IMG/VR virus record: IMGVR_UViG_3300021139_000146
Coordinates: 1-24,300 of that record
Source of the DNA: a virus
Lineage: Duplodnaviria; Caudoviricetes
Direction: 5' to 3' (one strand)
DNA: 24,300 nucleotides
The notes beneath the pieces are model-generated. The model did no database searches, was not told where the DNA came from, and saw only the letters and a list, made by a program, of their open reading frames with translations. The position numbers and the translations under genes were made by a program. This document shows positions 22,713-24,300 of the stretch, in pieces. Position 1 is the stretch's first letter. Every line of letters starts with the position of its first letter.

Positions 22713-22981
22713 TCCCATACTCGGTGTACCTGCCGCAGGAACACCACGACAAACTTAAAGAGTTTGCCAAGCAGCGCAAGGCTTCTGTTTTGATTCGGGA
22801 TGCTATTGGCATGTTGGTGGATGGCAACGATGTATTCACCACGGGCTACAACAAGGCATTAAAAGATGCTGCCAAGGTCATTTATGACTGCGAAGAGGCT
22901 CAGATGATTGCTGTCAAAGGCAAAGATCTAGGCGTTGTGTTATCTGAACGTATTGCTGAATTGGAAATTAAACATGGATAA
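22694..22981 (+). CDS. Ribbon-helix-helix DNA-binding protein, 95 aa
   Basis: N-terminal strand PYSVYLP followed by helices EHHDKLKEFAK and ASVLIRDAI (Arc/CopG pattern). Confidence 0.6.
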   Translation: METRKLIPYSVYLPQEHHDKLKEFAKQRKASVLIRDAIGMLVDGNDVFTTGYNKALKDAAKVIYDCEEAQMIAVKGKDLGVVLSERIAELEIKHG

Positions 22982-23195
22982 AGACCCAATAAAAGAAATT
23001 GCTATGAACGTTCTGGCGTCCTTGAGAAATTACGAAGCAACTGATGTACGTGACATTCTCACTGGCGTGTCTACAGTCCTTGCAACACTGGCTGTTGAAG
23101 CTGGCATGGAAGAAGAGAAGGCCGTCTACGCATTCAGAAAATCATTTCGCCATGCTGACAGTCGTTTGAAACAACTTCAAAAAGAGGCTCACTGA
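22974..23195 (+). CDS. Hypothetical protein, 73 aa
   Basis: The ATG at 22974 overlaps the upstream stop region. Helical; in operon. Confidence 0.55.
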   Translation: MDKDPIKEIAMNVLASLRNYEATDVRDILTGVSTVLATLAVEAGMEEEKAVYAFRKSFRHADSRLKQLQKEAH

Positions 23196-23413
23196 TGAAT
23201 GATGAAGAGAACGTCAGGCTGCTGGGATCCATGTTTGCCATGAACGCATTCATCAATCGTGGATACGAAAAGCCAGATGATGTTGCCAACATGTCTGTTG
23301 AGTTTGCAGAAGCGTTAATCAGGGCATTGGATAAAAGTCCAGAACCTGCTGCGGGGCTGCCGGCGATCAAGACAAGAAAGAAGAAAGATGAGAATTCAAC
23401 TGAACCGTCATGA
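23195..23413 (+). CDS. Hypothetical protein, 72 aa
   Basis: GAGG SD and TGATG coupling. F.MNA.I..G...VA..SVEFAEALI pattern with a basic tail. Confidence 0.6.
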   Translation: MNDEENVRLLGSMFAMNAFINRGYEKPDDVANMSVEFAEALIRALDKSPEPAAGLPAIKTRKKKDENSTEPS

Positions 23414-23858
23414 GCTATTGTTCTGCGATTTGTTTGGAACAGCAAGACGCAAAAATGCCATGCAATTCAACCATGACCGTCAGGTGAGTAAGCAAAACCC
23501 ATATGACATGGACATTGATGGATTTCGTGGCGAGTTTGCCGTGGCCAAATATTTCAACGTAATGGTTGACACTTCATTGAATGAAAGGAAAAACCCAGTT
23601 GATTTAATTTGGAACGGCAAGACAATTGATGTGAAAGCTACCCGCCATAAGAATGCTCACATTCTGGTGACCGAGTATCACAAACATCATCCATGCGACT
23701 TGTATGTTCAAACTTACATCGAGGATGATGCCGTGACGATTGTTGGCTGGATTGACAACAGAACGCTATTTAAAGAAGCAGAGATCAGAACAGAGGGTCG
23801 AGTTTCTTATTGGCTAAAAGATGACAAATTGTTTCCAATTGAAATGTTAGGAGTTTAA
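23388..23858 (+). CDS. PD-(D/E)xK restriction-endonuclease-like protein, 156 aa
   Basis: GFRGEFAV (helix-1 Glu), PVDL (catalytic D), TIDVKAT (DxK), CDLYV, IVGWI. Confidence 0.65.
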   Translation: MRIQLNRHELLFCDLFGTARRKNAMQFNHDRQVSKQNPYDMDIDGFRGEFAVAKYFNVMVDTSLNERKNPVDLIWNGKTIDVKATRHKNAHILVTEYHKHHPCDLYVQTYIEDDAVTIVGWIDNRTLFKEAEIRTEGRVSYWLKDDKLFPIEMLGV

Positions 23859-23860
23859 AA

Positions 23861-24091
23861 ATGCCACTTAATGACCACCCAACAGACTCAGGTAAATGGG
23901 TTTACAAGCCACAGGAATACACATTCACGCTGACGCCTGAGAAATCAGAGTGGCAGTGTTATCTGTTCGGCAACCGACCCGGACTGACAGGCATTATTTA
24001 TCGCCCCAACAAAGGCAAGGAGCCAAACTGGTTCTTGCGTTGGATGATGCGTATTTGTTTTGACTGTCTATGGGTAAAGGACAAACTATGA
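23861..24091 (+). CDS. Hypothetical protein, 76 aa
   Basis: AGGAG SD. Trp-rich (SEWQCYLFG, PNWFLRWMMRICF). Confidence 0.65.
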   Translation: MPLNDHPTDSGKWVYKPQEYTFTLTPEKSEWQCYLFGNRPGLTGIIYRPNKGKEPNWFLRWMMRICFDCLWVKDKL

Positions 24092-24297
24092 ACTACATCA
24101 TCTATGACGATGAGACGGCAGAGATTGCTGGAACATTTGCAGAGTCATTGGACAAAGCTATGAAACACACTGGCGAAGCAGTGAAGATGGCTCTTGAAGA
24201 ATTAAAAACACAGATTGTTTGGTACACACCAAAAGTTCTGTCCAAGCGCCGTGGTGTTCGCGGCAGAGCAATGTCAATTAAATGGAGACGATCATGA
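24088..24297 (+). CDS. Hypothetical protein, 69 aa
   Basis: AAGGA SD and ATGA overlap at 24088. The next ATG at 24294 (GGAGA SD) starts a gene cut by the window edge. Confidence 0.55.
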   Translation: MNYIIYDDETAEIAGTFAESLDKAMKHTGEAVKMALEELKTQIVWYTPKVLSKRRGVRGRAMSIKWRRS

Positions 24298-24300
24298 TTG

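Noticed and set aside
1-24300. tRNA/rRNA genes, integrase/att sites, Rho-independent terminators, stop-codon reassignment
   Set aside because: Coding density is near complete under the standard code and intergenic gaps are at most ~80 nt; no cloverleaf, integrase or convincing hairpin-U tract was seen by eye.

Overview
The window is a fragment of a tailed dsDNA phage genome, podovirus-like with a P22/T7-style tail and ejection-protein block; a Gram-negative host is inferred from the GH19 lysozyme and a lipobox lipoprotein. Positions 1-18670 (+) are the late region: a 5'-truncated GH19 endolysin, a tail-hub/stabilisation protein, a small tail protein, two Gln/Gly-rich internal virion proteins flanking a GNAT acetyltransferase, and a 3734-aa polyvalent DarB-like protein. 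That protein carries hydrophobic N-terminal helices, small cassette domains, an amino-DNA methyltransferase, a Strawberry-notch-type SF2 helicase, a HExxH zincin and an LPD38-like C-terminus. A convergent RusA-like gene (-) follows, then a sigma70-like promoter and an early/recombination operon (Cas4/RecB-like nuclease, membrane protein plus lipoprotein, ERF, SSB-like, RHH, PD-(D/E)xK). The most striking observation is a 131-aa acidic ORF (10947-11342) in the +1 frame inside the giant gene. It has its own AAGGAG Shine-Dalgarno, spans exactly the linker between the methyltransferase and helicase, and shows a codon signature of dual coding. All family calls come from motif recognition by eye; no database search was run.
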